Source: Verrucomicrobiota bacterium
GTDB lineage: Bacteria; Verrucomicrobiota; Verrucomicrobiia; Chthoniobacterales; UBA10450
DNA: 64,000 nucleotides
NCBI GenBank assembly: GCA_003220155.1
Contig: QHRO01000239.1
Location: forward strand, 22-64,021
Reading direction: 5' to 3'
Shown: positions 62,311-64,000 of the stretch, one piece after another
Layout: the number at the start of each line of letters is the position of its first letter
Position numbering within the stretch: position 1 is the first letter of the stretch
Notes under the pieces: model-generated
Databases searched by the model: none
The model's input: the letters and a program-made list of their open reading frames with translations, nothing else
Told to the model about the DNA's origin: nothing
Position numbers and translations under genes: made by a program

Positions 62311-62367
62311 GTAGGGCAACCGCATCGGTTGCCAATCTACCATGCAGAGGCGAAGCGTCTGCCCTAC
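62311..62367. repeat. REPIN-like doublet, GTAGGGCA family
   Basis: GTAG GGCAACCG CAT CGGTTGCC ... GCAGAGGCGAAGCGTCTGCC CTAC. Confidence 0.75.
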
Positions 62368-62421
62368 AGAATAAACCGGACGCGGAAAGCATGGTAAGGG
62401 CGCGGGGCATCTTGATTGAAT

Positions 62422-62490
62422 CCCGGCATCACCGATGCCGGCTACGACGTGGGTCGCGCAGATTTTGGTAGCCGGGATCGGTGATCCCGG
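62422..62490. repeat. Two GTAGCCGG REPs, heads facing inward
   Basis: CCGGCATC ACC GATGCCGG CTAC, 22 nt, then GTAG CCGGGATC GGT GATCCCGG. Confidence 0.8.
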
Positions 62491-62575
62491 CCCCACGCGG
62501 CGCTCGGATAATGCGCCAAGGAAAAGCGGGAGTCACGCTTCCCGCGACTCCCGCTTTCAAGTCCGATTCCGTCGA

Positions 62576-63082
62576 TTAGTTGCGTGCGTGTTCGTTCGAT
62601 TTCGCGCCGCTCACTACCAGCTTGCGGCCAAGGAATTCCTTGTCATGCAACTCGGTCACCGCTCGCTTCGCTTCGTCCACGGTTTGCATTTGGACGAAAG
62701 CGAAACCCTTCGAGCGCTGATTATGCTTGTAGCTCACCACTTCGGCGCTTTGCACGTGGCCAACACCGTTGAAGAGGTCAAACAAGTCGCTCTCCGTCGC
62801 ATCGAATGACAGATTTCCGACGTAAAGCCGCGGCGTAGTAACTTCGACCGGTTCCGGTTTACGTGGGGTGCGCGCCTGAGGGCGCGATTGCGATCCGTTG
62901 CGTTGTGCTGTTTTGGCTGCGCCTTTGTCGGGCGCTGCGAAAAAATCCGCGATTCGTGACCAGAACCCTTTCTTCTGTGGCGCCGCTTTGGCGTCTGAAT
63001 ATCGACGCCCCTGGCCATCGCCTCGGCGGCGGGAACGCCCGCGCCCGCGGCGCGAACTTCTCCCGGATGTATAAGATTTCAT
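62576..63082 (-). CDS. RNA-binding protein with C-terminal RRM and N-terminal Arg/Gly-rich region
   Basis: RLYVGNLSF (RNP2) and KGFAFVQM (RNP1). N-terminus is SGRSSRRGRGRSRRRGDGQGRR. Confidence 0.8.
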   Translation of the reverse strand: MKSYTSGRSSRRGRGRSRRRGDGQGRRYSDAKAAPQKKGFWSRIADFFAAPDKGAAKTAQRNGSQSRPQARTPRKPEPVEVTTPRLYVGNLSFDATESDLFDLFNGVGHVQSAEVVSYKHNQRSKGFAFVQMQTVDEAKRAVTELHDKEFLGRKLVVSGAKSNEHARN

Positions 63083-63386
63083 GTTTATCCTTAATGAATT
63101 TCTGATGATTGATCAGGCGGAGCGCATCGGTAGATGCACGGCCGGCAGCGCGCGAACTTCGCGAGGTCCATTCATGTGGACGAGCAATCGCCGCCGGAAA
63201 CTCCGCCTCATATTGCCGGCGCGACCCTAATTGACATCGCGCTACAGTCAGCCAACGAAACAGGGGACATGCGAGCGTTCGCATCATAAATTCCAAAATC
63301 TGAGTCGTCGGATGCGGAAGATCAAAGCCTGCCGGCACCGTTAACGATCCCATTATCGACGGGCTGACGGCGATTGCAAGCGCCGC

Positions 63387-64000
63387 TTACTTATTACGCG
63401 GTCCGAGCAATTTGTCGCGCACCGAGTAATAACGGGACTTGAAATACTGCTTTGGTCGTTCCTCCCGGATCGGGCGTGCCCAATGGTGCAAGAAACTTCG
63501 GTGCGACATCCGCGGCGCGTAGCCAAAGTGCGGCATCAACTCGCGACAATGCCATTCCACCCAGCCAATTTCGTCCACCGACAACTCGCTTTGCCAACTG
63601 GCCGCCCGTTCCCCGCTCACCTCGCTGAACTCGCGCTCGGTTGCAGAATTTCCCGGCCAAAATTTTCCCGCTTTTGTCGGAGTCAACACTACACTGCGAT
63701 CAAAGCTGATTTCGAGAAAGTCGCAGACGCGTTGCATCGGCGGGGCTGGATCCGCGACCAAATCCTCATAGCGGGTGACCATTCCGGAAATTTCTTTTCG
63801 TTCCGCGCATAAAGCCAACTGCGCCGCCTGCAACCAGTGCGAAACGCAGTAGTAAACCGAAAACTCACGGGTTTTTCGCGTTTTTTCTAAGGCAATTTGC
63901 GCCGCCAGAATCGCGCGCGGATCGCGCATCGTGATCAGAAGTTTCGCGTGCGGAAACCGCTCGAGAATCTGTGGAATGAAACGCCGATTCGCCGGCGTTT
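63387..64000 (-). CDS. Sulfotransferase family protein (5' end beyond the window)
   Basis: The frame stays open to the window edge: NRRFIPQILERFPHAKLLITMRDPRA...YEDLVADP. Confidence 0.65.
   Translation of the reverse strand, partial: TPANRRFIPQILERFPHAKLLITMRDPRAILAAQIALEKTRKTREFSVYYCVSHWLQAAQLALCAERKEISGMVTRYEDLVADPAPPMQRVCDFLEISFDRSVVLTPTKAGKFWPGNSATEREFSEVSGERAASWQSELSVDEIGWVEWHCRELMPHFGYAPRMSHRSFLHHWARPIREERPKQYFKSRYYSVRDKLLGPRNK

Noticed and set aside
1-64000. Scan for tRNA, rRNA, tmRNA and Sec-machinery genes.
   Set aside because: I saw no T-loop/acceptor signatures (GGTTCGAATCC-like sequence with a matching acceptor stem), no rRNA-like segments, and no selA/selB/selD-like ORFs. This was a by-eye scan, so short RNAs could have been missed.

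Overview
The window is chromosomal DNA from a repeat-rich Gram-negative bacterium. The gene content (a Dop/PafA-type ligase and an Mpa/ARC ATPase with no 20S genes nearby, a fused NuoE-NuoF, many DUF-type lipoproteins) suggests a Verrucomicrobia/PVC-like soil lineage, but that is inference only. Every family call comes from reading the translations and from memory; no searches were run.

Layout:
(1) ~1-6.9 kb is a one-directional run of short, unrelated accessory ORFs separated by imperfect palindromes that begin GCCTAAC and end GTTAGGC/GTTAGAC. These are the integron attC core sites RYYYAAC and GTTRRRY, so this looks like an integron-type gene-cassette array. The integrase, if there is one, lies left of the window.
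(2) One cassette carries a MerB-family (alkylmercury-lyase-like) gene. Its reading frame is interrupted only by a TGA at the position of the catalytic Cys, and an fdhF-like hairpin with a GGUC loop starts 12 nt downstream. This makes it a candidate selenoprotein gene on a mobile cassette, or alternatively a fresh nonsense mutation.
(3) ~6.4-19.2 kb is an accessory zone holding several frameshifted genes: a DUF4255-like gene, a VOC/glyoxalase, a GT39/ArnT-like gene and a SAM methyltransferase. It also holds GH47, an SGNH hydrolase and a Dop/PafA-family gene.
(4) An Mpa/ARC AAA ATPase carries a 99-nt MITE-like repeat inserted in frame and lacks the C-terminal GQYL motif.
(5) The nuoD-(2 lipoproteins)-nuoEF-G-H-I-J-K-L-M-N operon is present without nuoABC.
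(6) The housekeeping genes are msrA, trmB, comEC, rpmB, panD, acpP, nth, hflX and miaA.
(7) A tightly coupled envelope-type cluster contains MscS, two FemAB-like GNAT paralogues, an ArnE/F-like pair, an arginase-fold protein and a His-motif membrane/TPR protein.

Intergenic DNA is full of GTAG-headed REP/REPIN hairpins, GTCAT(T/C)CCGAGCG-type MITE-like inverted repeats and heptamer-periodic tracts. I recognised no rRNA, tRNA or CRISPR.
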